From assembly GCA_047495785.1 (NCBI GenBank), contig JBLDXI010000013.1:1984001-2048000 (forward strand): DNA of 64,000 nt, given 5' to 3'. Positions 1 to 12,870 of this stretch are shown here, in pieces; within the stretch, counting starts at the first letter, position 1; every line of letters begins with the position of its first letter. A program made the position numbers and the translations under genes. The notes below the pieces were generated by a model that worked only from the letters and a program-made list of their open reading frames with translations, had not been told where the DNA came from and ran no database searches. This stretch comes from Lepidodermella squamata (Eukaryota > Animalia > Gastrotricha).

Positions 1-1037
1 TTTGAATTGCCCTTTAGAAACAACAAAGCTCTTCCCGCGTCCCCATTCTTTTTGGGCCGCTATTACGCGACTTTTTTTAGAGCGATGCGAGCATCGTTAG
101 TAATAAAAGCGCGTGATCAATAAATAGGTCAAACAACTGGGCCAACTGGTCAATAAATTGTTTTCTGAAATTTGAAAGACTTAAAATTCCAGAAAATTAA
201 CGCAAATTCAGATTAGATCTCTGGATAGCCCATAGGATTGTTACTTCTTCGGAGAAAAAATCGAGAAAATTGAAGGTGGTCTTCTGAGATAAACTGAGGT
301 GAAGAAGCCACCTGAAATCACTTGCGTTAATTTTGCCGTAATTCTTGTACAGGGAGGCCAAAAAATAGAAAGTGAATTCGATTCGTATCATTTTAATGAA
401 GAGTTTAAAGAAATTGAGGAGTTCCATTGGCTTCCTCATTAAAATTGATGCTCATTGAATTCGCCTTATACGGAATTTTTTGGCCACCCACTAGAGCTCT
501 TGAAAAGTGAAAAAACCGGTCACGCGACCAACAACTCTTGATGAATCATTTCATCGCACAATAAAATGTACTAGCGTGTCAGATCTCTGTTTTCTATTTC
601 TCTATGGAGATGATTCGCCTTAAGAAAAGTGGGAACCTTACTACGTAAGTACACTAATTGCATCCTGCATGCCCAGCACCTCATTTCTCGCATCTTTTTA
701 TCAAGAAATTTCTTTCATAATTCATGGAAATCTCATCCAAATGTTAAGGTCGAAGTTTAGGTCGGGTCTATTATCAAATGTTTTTCGAAGCTATACCCCG
801 TACCAACCTTAATCGAATTCGCTTTCTGACCCGCCGTGAATGCTCCGGTATATTGCGGAAATCAGTTAATTGTTTCATTAATATAATAATTTGCAGACCC
901 TTTTATTTCGCTGATAGATATATAATTTTTCAATAAATCTTATTCCGAGTAATGTTCCTTTCATCCTAGTAATATATCTATAATGTAATAGATATGTAAG
1001 AGCTTAAGTCAGTTAGAATCGCTCCACCTCCAGTCGC

Positions 1038-1821
1038 CTACAATTTCAGCTCGATTTCATTGACCGATAGGCAGAAAAGGACGCGATGACCAGCATTCGG
1101 ATCCTTGATTGTCACCTTAGCCTTGTACTTGCCACTTGCAAACCACCCAGCACTAAAAGCCAAAAAGTAATGCATCAAGTGGATGGATTTCTTTAAATGC
1201 ATTACACTCCAGCATCTACTTTGGGTAGATCGAAAGATGTGGACAGATTTTTGATCTCGATGGGCAGGAACGGGCACAGGCTTTCGATCGGAATGCCAAA
1301 TGCTTCGGTGACAAACTTGATGATTGTGGAATCAGACTCGCTTGCCAGCGCGGCTTTGAACAGAGAGCAAATGTCGGGGTATACGCAAGAGCCAATCATG
1401 TTGCCGCCGATTTTGATGCATGGAGCAGCGATCCAGACTAGGGTCACTTTCTTCTCAATCCTCAACTCAACCTCGAAGTTTTCATATTTTTTCAGAAGAG
1501 CTAGCAGATCGATTGCTATGGGCAGAGCCCCGGGGAGTCTGATGGTGTAAGGAATCTGAAGGTTATTCAGCACGATAGAGCCATCTCCTCCGCCTTCAAA
1601 AAACACAACAATTTGATATTTATGGATTAAATTGTGAAGCGGAGCAAACAAGTTGAAACGGAGGCCATTTTCTGGCCATAGACGACCGGCGCGGTGAAGT
1701 TGGCTTTGTAGAGCTTGGCAATACCAGGCATCAGCTCGTAGTTTTCGGCCTCATCCGGCAGTTCGATCGGATCGGCTAAGGCGACGGCCAAAATGAAGGC
1801 GAGAGCAACGAATGATTTCAT
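1038..1821 (-). CDS. GM2 ganglioside activator-like / ML-domain lipid-binding secreted protein (3 exons)
   Basis: Signal peptide MKSFVALAFILAVALAD. Intron 1594-1649 (GTTTGC..TTGAAG) joins STC|GGDG, and a second ~50-bp intron joins DAGV|AGWFASG. Motifs PCI..GSCVYPDIC, CPF, WFASGKYKAKVTI..LFC match the GM2A/ML pattern. Confidence 0.8.
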
Positions 1822-3306
1822 GTTGAATATAGCAAAGCGGTGTTTTTGACTGATATGAAGACATTGCGCGATCTGAGCTTCCTTAAATAGAGGTGCGCCT
1901 GTTCTGGACGCGGACTGCGCTGATAAAGAAATGTCTTATCTCTCGCACGACGGCGGCGTGATCGTGGTGTTTTTTGGCGATTCGTGATTCGGTGTATAAT
2001 TGCGAGGTGGAGTTCGTGGGGTTCAACATTCAACTTGCGATGGCGCCATTATGGTCAGGGTAAAACGGGTCCCCGCGATTATATTACTGATAATACCTAT
2101 GAAGACAATTTTTTTAGTTCAGCACCAGAGACTCGACCTAACGACGTTATCTTCATTGACCGTGTTGACGTGAGCACATCGATCAATATGCCATGGAGGT
2201 TGCGTTCGTGACGTAGTCAGCGCTATCGGCCACGACGTGGCTGGGAGAGAACTCGGATCGAGCGCTGAATATACATGCAAAATGACCATGTCTGATAGAA
2301 AAAGACGCTTGTCGGATGGTTTCCGAAGTTGCTTGGCAGAAGTCGAAGTGATCATGGCTCGAAGCTTCTTCAGTCGAGTGTTACGTTTCCGATTCTTGTC
2401 GTAATCGATCATTCCTGGCTTCGTCCATTTGCCACTCTGCTGCGCTGAATGGGATTGAACAAGTTCGGAAAAATGTGACCCAACTGGGTAAAATACCGAA
2501 AATTATACCGAACCAGTATACCGAAAATTATACTCTCAGAGTCTTCCCGGTTTTCTCTGGTAAATTTTTTATTTATTCGGTTAAATCGTGCCGGGCAAAA
2601 GATGAATTCTCGCAGTATGTTCAATTTTTTTTAAATTGTTGAATTACCGTAAATATTCAAATACAAGCCCAGGCGGCACTACAAAGAACATCAAAGTGCC
2701 GACAAAGAGCGCCGCCTGGGCTTGTATTTCGGAATTTACGGTAATTACAAAACTTTGCCAAATTGAAAACCATGCCATATTGCGCATGATTGAAGCGGCG
2801 TGCCTCTCTAGTCCTCGAGATCGCTTTGAACGTGATCGCAAAAAAATAATTCTAAATTCGAGCGAGCGGGCTTATGTCGCTTCTCGGGTGCTCTGTTACC
2901 GCTACTTTGCAGGTATAATTTACCTGAAACTGGCTCTTTAAAATGTACTGCTTTCACCTCAATAATTACCAGCTATCTAAAACCGCCCAGGTGAAGAGAT
3001 CGAGAGGGCCAATTTTAGGGTTTTCGAGGGTTCGATTCCAAAAATTAGCAGTCAATAGTGGAATTGAATTCGGGAAAACAAAATCGATACTCTCATTCTA
3101 CAGGAGGCAAGGGATTTTTTAGATATTTTTTCAGAATTTTAGAAAGTCAACCGCAGTTAGGCTATTAGGTTGAAAACAAGTTATCAAACATGTACCTGTC
3201 AAAACAAGTTTGAGTTTCAGGCATCATTTATAGTAAGCTTTTTGAGACAAATCTAACGATACCAAACTTATGGTATTAGTGTACCTGGATCAGGTGGCCG
3301 AAATTA

Positions 3307-3518
3307 GGGCACCCCGCTTCCTAATTCCGGCCGGGTGTCTGGGTGACTAAAAAATTACCCATAAATCAAGGTGAAATCGTCCGGAATTGCGGAAAGCGGC
3401 ATTCGATACCCTAAGAACTCCTCTTTAATTCTGCTTTTGCCGAATATTTTCTAAAAATTCACCTGGCTGGCAAAGTAGGAAAAACCTGAAAAGCGGCAAA
3501 AATTAGGGCGGGGTGCTC
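3307..3518. mobile_element. Probable small MITE (imperfect TIR GGGCACCCCGC..CCTAATT, flanked by TA)
   Basis: Left TA-GGGCACCCCGCTTCCTAATT and right AATTAGGGCGGGGTGCTC-TA are near reverse complements. Confidence 0.45.
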
Positions 3519-3783
3519 TACCACGAGTGTGACATTTCGTCAGACCTTGGCACTTGACAGAGGTATTTCCTGCAACACAGTCCAATCAGAGACAAACCTC
3601 GTTGTAGAATCGTTTTATTGTCACGTGTTAATATCTCAATGTTTCAACGATCAATTCTTTGTAATAAAGTTTTCGAATAAATTTTAACATGCAACTTATT
3701 TTCAAACATATCATGCTGGCTAAAAGTTTTTGCTGAATTTCGACTCGCGATTTCAGCTGTAAAAATAATCGATTTCGCTAGAT

Positions 3784-5188
3784 TTAGAACGGCCAGGCGA
3801 CGGTGATGCCAGCGTTGATGATGGCCGGGGCGTTGCCGGAGCGGATGAGCTCGAGATCGGAGATGGCATAGGCGACCGGGGCGACGTAGACAGAGTCGAT
3901 GTTGCCGTTGAAGGTGCCGACGCTCTGGTCAGTGCCGAGCACGTACGGGCAGTTGGCGATGGCCAAGTTGCCGGCGGCGAACTGGGTGTCGGCGAGGGCG
4001 CCGTTCAGGTACAGGCGAACAGCGTTGCCGTCGTAGGTGACGCCGAAGAAGTTCCAGCCGTTGGACGGCGAGGTGAAGGTGCCTTGAACGGTGACCGAGC
4101 CGACGGGTTGCCACAGGTTGACGCGGGCGACGAAGGTGCTGGCGCCCTGGACGTAGGCGACGACGGTGAACTCGGACGAAGCAGAGTCCTTGTTGTTAGA
4201 GATGACAGCTCCGGTCTGGCAGGCGCCGTTGCAGCTATAAAAATCATTAAAAAATTACAAAAAACTCGAGAATTTTCCGAAAATCATACCGGAAGAAACC
4301 AGCCCAGGTAGCCTGGTTGCGGAGGTCGTACGACTTCATGCCGGGGATTTCGAGACGGCCGCCGTTGACAGCGAGGGAGGCAGAGCCGAAAGCAGCGGTC
4401 GACGAGTCCTGAGCAGCGCCGTCGTAAAGGAAAACCGAGAACTTGCTGACTGAGTAGTCGGCGACTTGCGGGTTGAACGGCACGAAGAGGATGGCGAGGC
4501 GGTTGCGGCGGATCGACGGGACAGTCGCGGTGTCGGTCTCGATGTTGCAGCGGCATGAGGTCAGGTCGAAGTTGACACCAACCGGGCAGTACAGCTTCTC
4601 GGTGGCTTGGCCTTCGTTGTCGATTTGGACGTAGGCGTTGGCCTCGCCAGCGACGACGGAGATGTAGCGGCCGAACGAGTCGCGGCAGACGGTGGCGTTG
4701 TACTGGGTGGCCGGGGCGACCGAGGTCGGGACAGCCGGGGCGTCTTGGACGCAAGCGTCGTTGCAGGTGGCCGATTCGTCGCAGCCGCAGGTGGCCTGGT
4801 TGAACGAGGTGCCGACCGGGCAGCACATGCCGAACGAGCCGGTGTTGGAGCAGACGAAGAACTGACGGCAGCCGGAGCCAGCGTAGCACTTGTTGGCAGC
4901 AGTGGCGTCGGACAGGCAGCGGTCCTGGCAGGCAACGGCGCCTTCAGGCATGCAGGTCATGACAGCGTCGTGCCAGAACTGGCCCTGGGGGCACTTGCGG
5001 AGCTGGCCGGTGGCGTAGGTCTCGTTGATGTACTGGCACTGGTAGTAGTTGTGGCAGTCGGCGGGGTCGGCGTACAGGTCCTTGTTGTTACGGCGGCTAC
5101 GGCAGCCGAAGCAGAACGCCGAGGCGTCGGTTTGGGCGTAGGTCGACTCAACAGCGACCAAAACAGTAAGAAGGCACCAGTAAAGCAT
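3784..5188 (-). CDS. Secreted chitin-binding (CBM14/peritrophin-A-like Cys repeats) + C-terminal LamG/ConA-like protein, Pif-like architecture without vWA (2 exons)
   Basis: Signal peptide. ADPADCHNYYQC..CPQGQFWHDAVMTC, CCPVGTSFNQATCGC and CPVGVNFDLTSCRC repeats. Intron ~4236-4289 (GTATGA..TTATAG) gives FFR|CNGAC. Exon 2 encodes WNFFGVTYDGNAVRLYLNG and FNGNIDSVYV (LamG3 signature). Strong GC3 bias. Confidence 0.85.
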
Positions 5189-5922
5189 GCTTGCTAATTA
5201 GTTGGTTATTAAAATTGAAAATGAGATAAACTATGAGAACTAGTTGATGAAATCGTTCTGCTTTCTACCGGCTTTTATACGCCGTTTATGCCAGCAGACA
5301 AACATTACATCACAGGTGCCAACGTTTCAAGCGCGTGGATTCTCCGCTCGCGTGGCTCATCCCGGTTGTCTGCACGCGTTATCTCGACACAGTTTCCGCC
5401 ACTTTTTCTCTAGCCATTTTTTTCTATTTTTACTAATTGTCAACGTAAATTCACGGCGATACTCATAGTCCTAATAACCCTATATCGCACAACACCATTC
5501 TTATTTTGGCTTCAATCTGTTTATAAAAGGAGACCAAACAGTGATTGACAAAAGAGATCGATAATAACTTCTGCATATTTTTTTAATATCGGTGACTACA
5601 GCTTGAATACAAATGAATTTTTCAGAAATCCTGACAGGTCGCTTTCAGGTACGAGAAGTACAGGTACTTGAGTGCATTGAATAACGGTCTTACATCCAGT
5701 AATGTACTGCTTTATGGTACTTTTTCGATGCTAGTCGTGGAGGCAGATTGATATCTTTTTTCTATATAGCTAAATGCAGCAGCTTGAGTCTTCAATGATA
5801 GATTCATGATTACGCAACAGCACGACAGTGCGACACGCACACATGGTGCCGAAAAGCTGAAAGAGAACCGGAAATTAGTAGATTCAAACATAATTTTCAA
5901 AATTCATTGCGATTTCAAATCC

Positions 5923-7689
5923 ATGATTACTTATCACCTATATTATTTGATTTTTGTTGTGGTTTTTACCGATTTGACCACTGCTTGGCATCGCATTGAT
6001 GATCACAGTTTGAAGTCTAGCGAATCGGAATCATCCTATCCAGAGTTCATAAAACCAAAACCGACACTTTCAAGTTCGCGATTTCAAAATAAGCTCGTAA
6101 TTTCCGAAAATTTGCTTTATAATTTCTACCAGCTTACTACATAAACGATGCATGGTGCTCGACTAGTCCGACGATTCGTGTCCTGCCTCAACGTCAGTAC
6201 CTGCTACGCGGAAACGTAGCAGCTTCACATGCGCCTTACGACGGTCTTGAGCCGAAATGCGTGTTTTTCGGCATCGCACCGCCCCAATCGAAACTGATAG
6301 TCGAAATTTTCTTCGCAAATTTAACTCGAGCTGACCAGTGGCCGAGCGACGAATGCTCGTTCAAGGTGTGGTACGCTGACGATGCATACTACTCGACACA
6401 AAAACCAGAGGTAATAAATAATCAAAGACTCCCCTCTCATAAACATAAATAAAAACGCACACATTTATTGAAAATCCGCCTTAAATTTAATTACAAAAAA
6501 ACCTTTATAAAATCAAGGTCGAATTCGATACAGAAAAATGTGTCACCAAGTGAAAAAAGATCATTGGCCTTGGATCTGTGGAATTATTTGGGATTTATTT
6601 GACCTTTTGCGGAGAGAGATATGTAACATTTGACACTGTTTTTCGAGAGTTAAAAATCAGCATTTGCTATAAAATCACTGAAATTTGCACAAATATTGGG
6701 CTAGATGATTCCCGATTTTCTGAAAATGTTGAGAATTTTTCCATTTTTACCTGTTTTTTTTAGCAATTTTAGATGTGCTAGGTGTTGGGTTAATTTTGAT
6801 AATTAGCGCTTTACCTTGAATGCTCATTTGCATATGCAAATTTCGCGCTTCGCCTCTGAAAATCCTCTTGTAACCGCTTCTGAAAATGTGTTCCATTCAC
6901 GTTCAACAGCAAAAAGCCTGTCCAATACGGTATTATCTTATAACTTGAGAATAAAAGTTTTAATATAATCTGACATTTTGGGAATTCTTAGTTCGATTTA
7001 AGACGTTTGCTAATGATTTTGAATTTTTATTCAATAAAAAATGAATTTTTATTCAGTTTTCCCTACCCGAAGCTGCCGATTCTTGGAAAGGTTGGCCGCG
7101 CGAAAACGATGGCCTTCGACTCAGCTTCATCACGCGAACCCGGCATTTAATGATTGAAGTCAACAGGTGCCAATCAAAAAACAGCGCCCGTCCCACGCCC
7201 TTCACTGTAATGTTTGTCGCCGGCGATTTGGACAACGGCGACGAACGGCGTTCTTCCAAGTCACGTGACAGCCCACTTGACAACAACGACTCAGGGGCCT
7301 GGCAACGACTCGGCGTAGCATTCGTCGAAATCCCGCTCATGATTTTCGGCTGCGTGCTGTACTACGGCGCTGTACGTTGTTGCTATCGAATGCACATGTC
7401 ACGCCGGCAGGACCGGGCGAATCGCAATTATAGGCATTGGCATTTCGGCCCGTGCAACTGCCGCCACTGCCCAGCCGTAGCCGACACGCCGTTCAATTTG
7501 ATTGATACAGCCGGGGATGGACCGGCGGCGGTAAATGAAGGCCAAATTGCAAATGAGGCGGCTTCATCATCCTCCAGACCCCGGTCGCCTTCCTCACCTT
7601 CGATTGCGTCCTGCATAAATGAACACCCTCCCCCGTACGAGGCTGTAGTTCGTGAACAAAGAGCTCTTTCGTCGTCATCAGCGCTTTAA
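5923..7689 (+). CDS. Single-pass type I membrane protein with small (possibly CUB-like) ectodomain and cytoplasmic PPPY motif (3 exons)
   Basis: Signal peptide MITYHLYYLIFVVVFTDLTTA. Introns ~6097-6132 and ~6411-7056 with GT..AG ends give a continuous frame. TM segment LGVAFVEIPLMIFGCVLYYGAV and a PPPYEAVV WW-binding motif. Confidence 0.6.
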
Positions 7690-8140
7690 TTGATGTTTAT
7701 TGCGTTCGGTTATGTCGCGTTTTTTTAATAAACAATCTTGTTGCGAAAGCAGTTGAATTTATTTCCATGAAACTAATGAATCATCATTTGAGATTGAAAC
7801 AATGGCCTGTCCGTTTATTTTGAATTTACCCCAGTTACGAGGTGTTGAACACGAGCGCTTTCCAGAAAACAATTACCTGGCTTATTCATGGCAAGCACGA
7901 TTATATACTGCGATTACATCAGCCATATTATATTCCTTACAAAAAAAACTACCTGAAGGCGGGCTTCAGCCAGTATTGGCAAAGTTTACCTAGCCGTGGA
8001 TATGTCGCAGTAGAAAAGGTCGGATCAAAGACAAAAAACGGTCTCGTTCGAGCACGCTTTTTTTGAGCGTAACCCTAAAAAAAACATATAGTTCACATCT
8101 TATAATACAGTCTCGCCTGATAAAGCAAACATTGTAAAAA

Positions 8141-10195
8141 ATGTCAATCTACCAAGCATTGATATTAGCTGCTATCAATGCGATTGCTCTCGCTTATCCT
8201 GAGTATCAACAACTCATCCCGAATGGGAACAGTATCCCATCACCATGTAATCCTAGCGAAATCTGGCAAGGTTTAGGCCATGAGATGACCGCTGGGGCAG
8301 GTAAAATAATAGAGTGAGCTGAGATACCCTACCTAATCCTAACTTAAAAAAAGGTCCGCTGAACAAGTTTGGCCGAGCTTTTATGGCGAATAAAAAGGTT
8401 TGGTCTAAAAGCCTCTGCCAGGCGGATTCAGACGGTGATGGAAGGACCAATGGCGAGGAGTTGGGCGATCCTAACTGCGTCTGGACAAAGGGCGCCACCC
8501 CTCAAGTAACAGATCGAAGCAAGTTATCCCATCCCGGAATTTGTGAGCCGGTTGGATCTCCCAAGTGCCACGATGACGCTCGTTTCCTTCGCGATATTGA
8601 CGCTTGCAAAAAATTATTCAAAGATACAAGCGACTGGTGCCCAGCGATTAAGGCTGCTGATGTCAAAACGTTGATTTTACGCTTCAACGAGACGACAATT
8701 CCCGCGATTGAAACAAACTACTTTTGCCAGACTTTGGAAGTCCCGGCAGACCAGGACTACCATATCATCGCGGTTTGTTAACTTCGAGTTGTAAATTTCG
8801 TAAATAATCAGATTTGACTTTTAGTGGGAGCCGATAATCGATAATCCACAGGTGATGCATCATCTCATTCTTTTCATCTGTGACACCGCGGCACAAGAAG
8901 CAACGATAAATAAAACCGGAAATTATTCGATCCCAACCGAATGCGGAATTGCTCCATTCGAGTGCCAAAGCCAGAATATCGGCTGGGCCTTTGGAATTAA
9001 AGGTCGTTGTTTCCCTCCCGAGGCTGGCATGACAATGGGCAAGAGTAACTATCGGAAAGTCATCATGCAGATCCACTACAACAACCCGATGCTTAAATCT
9101 GGTTTGCGCGATGCTTCCGGGCTGAAAATTTACTACACACCGAAATTACGGCAACACAGCATCACAAATTTCCGACCTGGTCAGTACGACCTAGCTATCC
9201 CGCCACTGTCGAAGCAATCGTCTTTGATAAGCCGAACATTCCAGTCTCCTAACTGCAGCCAGCAAACGCTGGGTGGAAATTACTCTTCATACAAGCTTAT
9301 CAGCGTGTTGATGCACATGCATAAATTGGGACGACGAGCTAGGCTTACCATCGAAAAAGCTAACGGCACCAAAATTGTTGTTTTCAGCGAGCCGTATTAC
9401 TACGACAGGCCAACTGTAATCGATTGGGAGTCGGATGAAGCCTTGGAAATCGCGCCTGGCGACAATTTTGTACTCGAGTGCCATTTCTCTGCTGATGATC
9501 GCGATAAATGGACGTATTTTGGGAAAAATACCGCTGATGAGATGTGTTTAGTTGGCCTGGAGGTAAATTATTTGCAAAATTTCGACTAAAATAGCCAAAT
9601 AATTTTCATTTGAAGCTTTTCCCACGGCCAAACGGTAAAAATTATATTGAAGGAGGTACACAGAGCAAAGTAGACCAATGTGGAATGCGCGAGATCGCCA
9701 AAAGTCGCACAAGGCCGTGCCAGAACTCGACTTTGAATTCGATAATCGATACAATGCGCAACGATTCTAGCTTGACAGACGTTTGTAACGACCCATTGAC
9801 GTCAAAATCGAAGAAATGCTGCGAGTAAGACCGCTGCATTTAATTATCAAATTTTACATTTGAATATCCTAATTAGTTTTATGACTCGAACCGGATTTTT
9901 CAACTACACCTGCATGTACGTCGGATCTTCTGAAATCGTGAAGCGGCTGCTTGACAATAGCACAAGCACGGCTACATTTAACAACATCCATGCTAACATG
10001 TTGCAGTGCATCAACTCGGCTGTTTTAGGTTCGGAATATAAGATCGAGGACGACACGGACGATAGCGCTGAGGTCGATGAGGTCAAAACTATCGATGCGA
10101 AATCCCCAAACAACTCGAAACAAGTTATTGCATCGTTCATTCATTGGATGTCTAGTTTTGCCGTTGTCGCCATGGTTACAGCTGGCTTTGTATAA
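8141..10195 (+). CDS. Temptin-domain + copper type II ascorbate-dependent monooxygenase (DBH/MOXD-like), copy A; C-terminal GPI-type signal (5 exons)
   Basis: Signal peptide MSIYQALILAAINAIALA. Temptin motif CQADSDGDGRTNGEELGDPNCVW. Cu ligands MHH, QIHYNN, HMH, DEMC. Introns 8301-8353, 8773-8824, 9563-9615 and ~9825-9875. Hydrophobic C-terminus. Confidence 0.9.
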
Positions 10196-11257
10196 CAATC
10201 CAATTTCATTTGATGAAGTAACAGAACAAATAATTGTTACTGACCATATAAATTTACCATAAGAGACTCGCTTTTATTACTGTCAGTTTATTTTTCCAAG
10301 AATCGGCGGAATTAAACTCTGCTTTAAATAAATAGTCGACGCTTTTGACTAAAAGCCACTGGGTCATTAAACTTCAGTTTTTAACAGTCCCCCTATATTA
10401 AAGTGTTACCCCGATTTTCCGTCATTTGCGTTCCGTGAAAAAACTGACAGGAAATCGAAATTGACGGAATTGCAATTGCCGCGCGCTGTATTTCACTACT
10501 AAACTAAATGCGGGCAAGGCTTCAACATCTACAGTGGTAATTTCGCAAGTCCCAACAAATCAAATTAAATCAAAGTTCGAATAAACTCATCCGCACTTTT
10601 TATATTGGAATAATCAGTGTTTACCGCTCTGTCCAATAAGCTTTCATGACCAAAGATAAACTGGTGCACAATCGGGTTTTTGCGTGCTTGCCTTGTGCGC
10701 GCGTCCCCGTTGATTGCGTAATCGTGCGCACAAAACGCCAGCCAATAGGAGTACGCGGTTGGAGGTAACTTTGAGTGTGCCTTTTGAAAATGGCGGGAAA
10801 TCAGGGTATAAATGGCTAACAATTAGCCGCCCGGGGCGGCCAAATACCTGACGGAAAATCGAGATTGGCAGAAAATCAATGACAAGAAATCGTTGTCATT
10901 TCATGATACTTTGTATGGGTGTCGCCGGGGGCGGCTGAAAACCTGATGGAAAATCGAAATTGGCGGAAAATCGGGGTTACACTGTATGATGTGGCTGCTC
11001 TGATTCGCGCGTGGCTCTGATTGACTGATAGTATTTTTTTATCAATGGGCAATTCTTTTTTTGAGCTCGACACCTGTATAGTGACACGTTTGTGTACCTG
11101 CAAAATTAAATTCAACGTGGAATCGTGATCGCTAGGACTTCATCAACATCCCCTGATGACCGTCTTTTATCAGAATAACAATGCTTTTTGTCTCGAAAAC
11201 GAACGGAAACGAAAACATTTTTATTTATCCTCGTATTTAAGAGATGCAACAGTTAAA

Positions 11258-12658
11258 CCCTCTAAGGCCGGTAACGTGTATACTCAAACTACGAATACTC
11301 GCCGCGTTAATTACGTAACACAGGTGAGCGCGCAAATCACGCGGTCGGATGCTTTATGTGTATCCTCAATCAGGAAGTGAGCCATTTGACTGGATGGGTG
11401 CCAGCAAGATCCACTCAATTTGGTTTAAAATGTTCAAACTAGTGCCAATACAGGTTTCTATTGACGTCCGTCATAAATAGGGCGAAAAATATAGGTTTTT
11501 TTTTGCTTGTTTTGAGATAAAAATGACACTTTGATCGAAATTGGCAATTATCAGTTTTGAACAGGTTCACGGGGTGGTGATCGTACGGACCTTAACTTAA
11601 GTGGTAACTTTTCAGATAAGTTCACTTTGTTAAGTTGACCTTAAATTGGTGTGTGATCGAAACTCACCTTATCAAAGGCGCCCTTAGTTAAGGTCCACTT
11701 AAAGGAATGTTATCGTACCTTATCCGGATCTCGATACCGTTCTATCACCAACCTTAACTTTTTACTGAGATTCGTAAGTTGAGTGATCAAAGTTAATGTG
11801 ACCTTAAGTGATTGCGCAACAATGCCAAAAGATGGCCTGATTTCTAGAGACAAATTTGTGTCCCAATTATCAGTCCTATATTTTCATTGGTCAAGATTAG
11901 AAGCTTTGTAATCGATCCTATTTTATTTCTAGTATTGCGGAACCCATATTTTCTCCGCGATGCTCCACTAATTCAAGATTGCTCACCTGTCCGTAGCCGC
12001 TAAAACTTTCACTAAGATAAGAAAAATCGTGATACGATCACCCAACTTATCTTTTCTTCATTGTCGATAATTATTTTTGCGCAATTTACAGGAAAACTCG
12101 ACACCACTGCCTTGGCATAGGTCCGCAGTGGCACGACAGAGTCGTCGACGCCCGGTAAACCCGGTTTTTCCTCGTGAAATATCGACAACCAGTTGGCTGA
12201 GGGACCTCTCGAGGTCCCTTACACTTAGGGGTGTGACAACCCTTAACTTATTTTCTTAAGTCCAGTTTAAGGCGTCTTTTTCTTTCGATCACTTACTTAT
12301 TGTTAAAAAGTACAAAATGTTTACTTATTTCCTTAACTTAAGCATTCGATCACACCTCGACTTAAGTTGACCTTATTTCGCAAAAACAGTTAAAGATAAG
12401 GGCGACCTTAACTTTCGATCACCAACCTTAGCACTTGAGGAATTAAGGTGGGGTTAAGGAGCTTACGATCACCACCCCGTCACTGCATAATAAGAATAGA
12501 GGATTGCATAATAAGGTCAGATCATTGGTATAAGTTCTCAGATGGATTAACAGACCATTCATAAAAAGTTTGGTCTGGTGGCTGCTCATCATTCTCAAGA
12601 TACAAGATTTTTTTCATTTGAGTAAACTCAAGCTGTATAACCTGCCGGCCTTAGAGGG
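11258..12658. mobile_element. Non-autonomous piggyBac-like element (TIR CCCTCTAAGGCCGG, TTAA-like target)
   Basis: CCCTCTAAGGCCGG at 11258 and CCGGCCTTAGAGGG ending 12658, followed by TTAA. The paralogous upstream region of copy C (~15831-15880) shows the empty site TAAGAGATGCAAC|CTCATCGAG. Confidence 0.8.
11570..12479. mobile_element. Nested MITE, PIF/Harbinger-like (16-bp TIR CGGGGTGGTGATCGTA, 3-bp TSD TCA)
   Basis: Perfect inverted termini with TCA on both flanks (11567-11569, 12480-12482). Many internal CGATCAC and CTTAAG/CCTTAA subterminal motifs. Confidence 0.8.
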
Positions 12659-12870
12659 TTAACATCATCGAGGCATCCTAATTTTGAAATTCACGCCAGG
12701 GAAAACGTGATTATTCCATATGCACCCTTACAATGCAGCAGAGCCGTAAAATCTCGTGGCTTGAGGGTCGAATCTATTGACAAGCATAATGCTGCGCTAC
12801 CTGAACTACGCTAAGGCAGAGCTCTCAGTTGAAAATTTCGACGAGAGCAGTGAAAACAAAAACTCAGAAA

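Noticed and set aside
1984-2941. Short ORFs upstream of the GM2A-like gene
   Set aside because: No recognisable motif or consistent splice model.
3929-5197. Multiple overlapping Arg/Pro/Ala-rich ORFs on both strands
   Set aside because: By-products of high GC3 in the chitin-binding gene.
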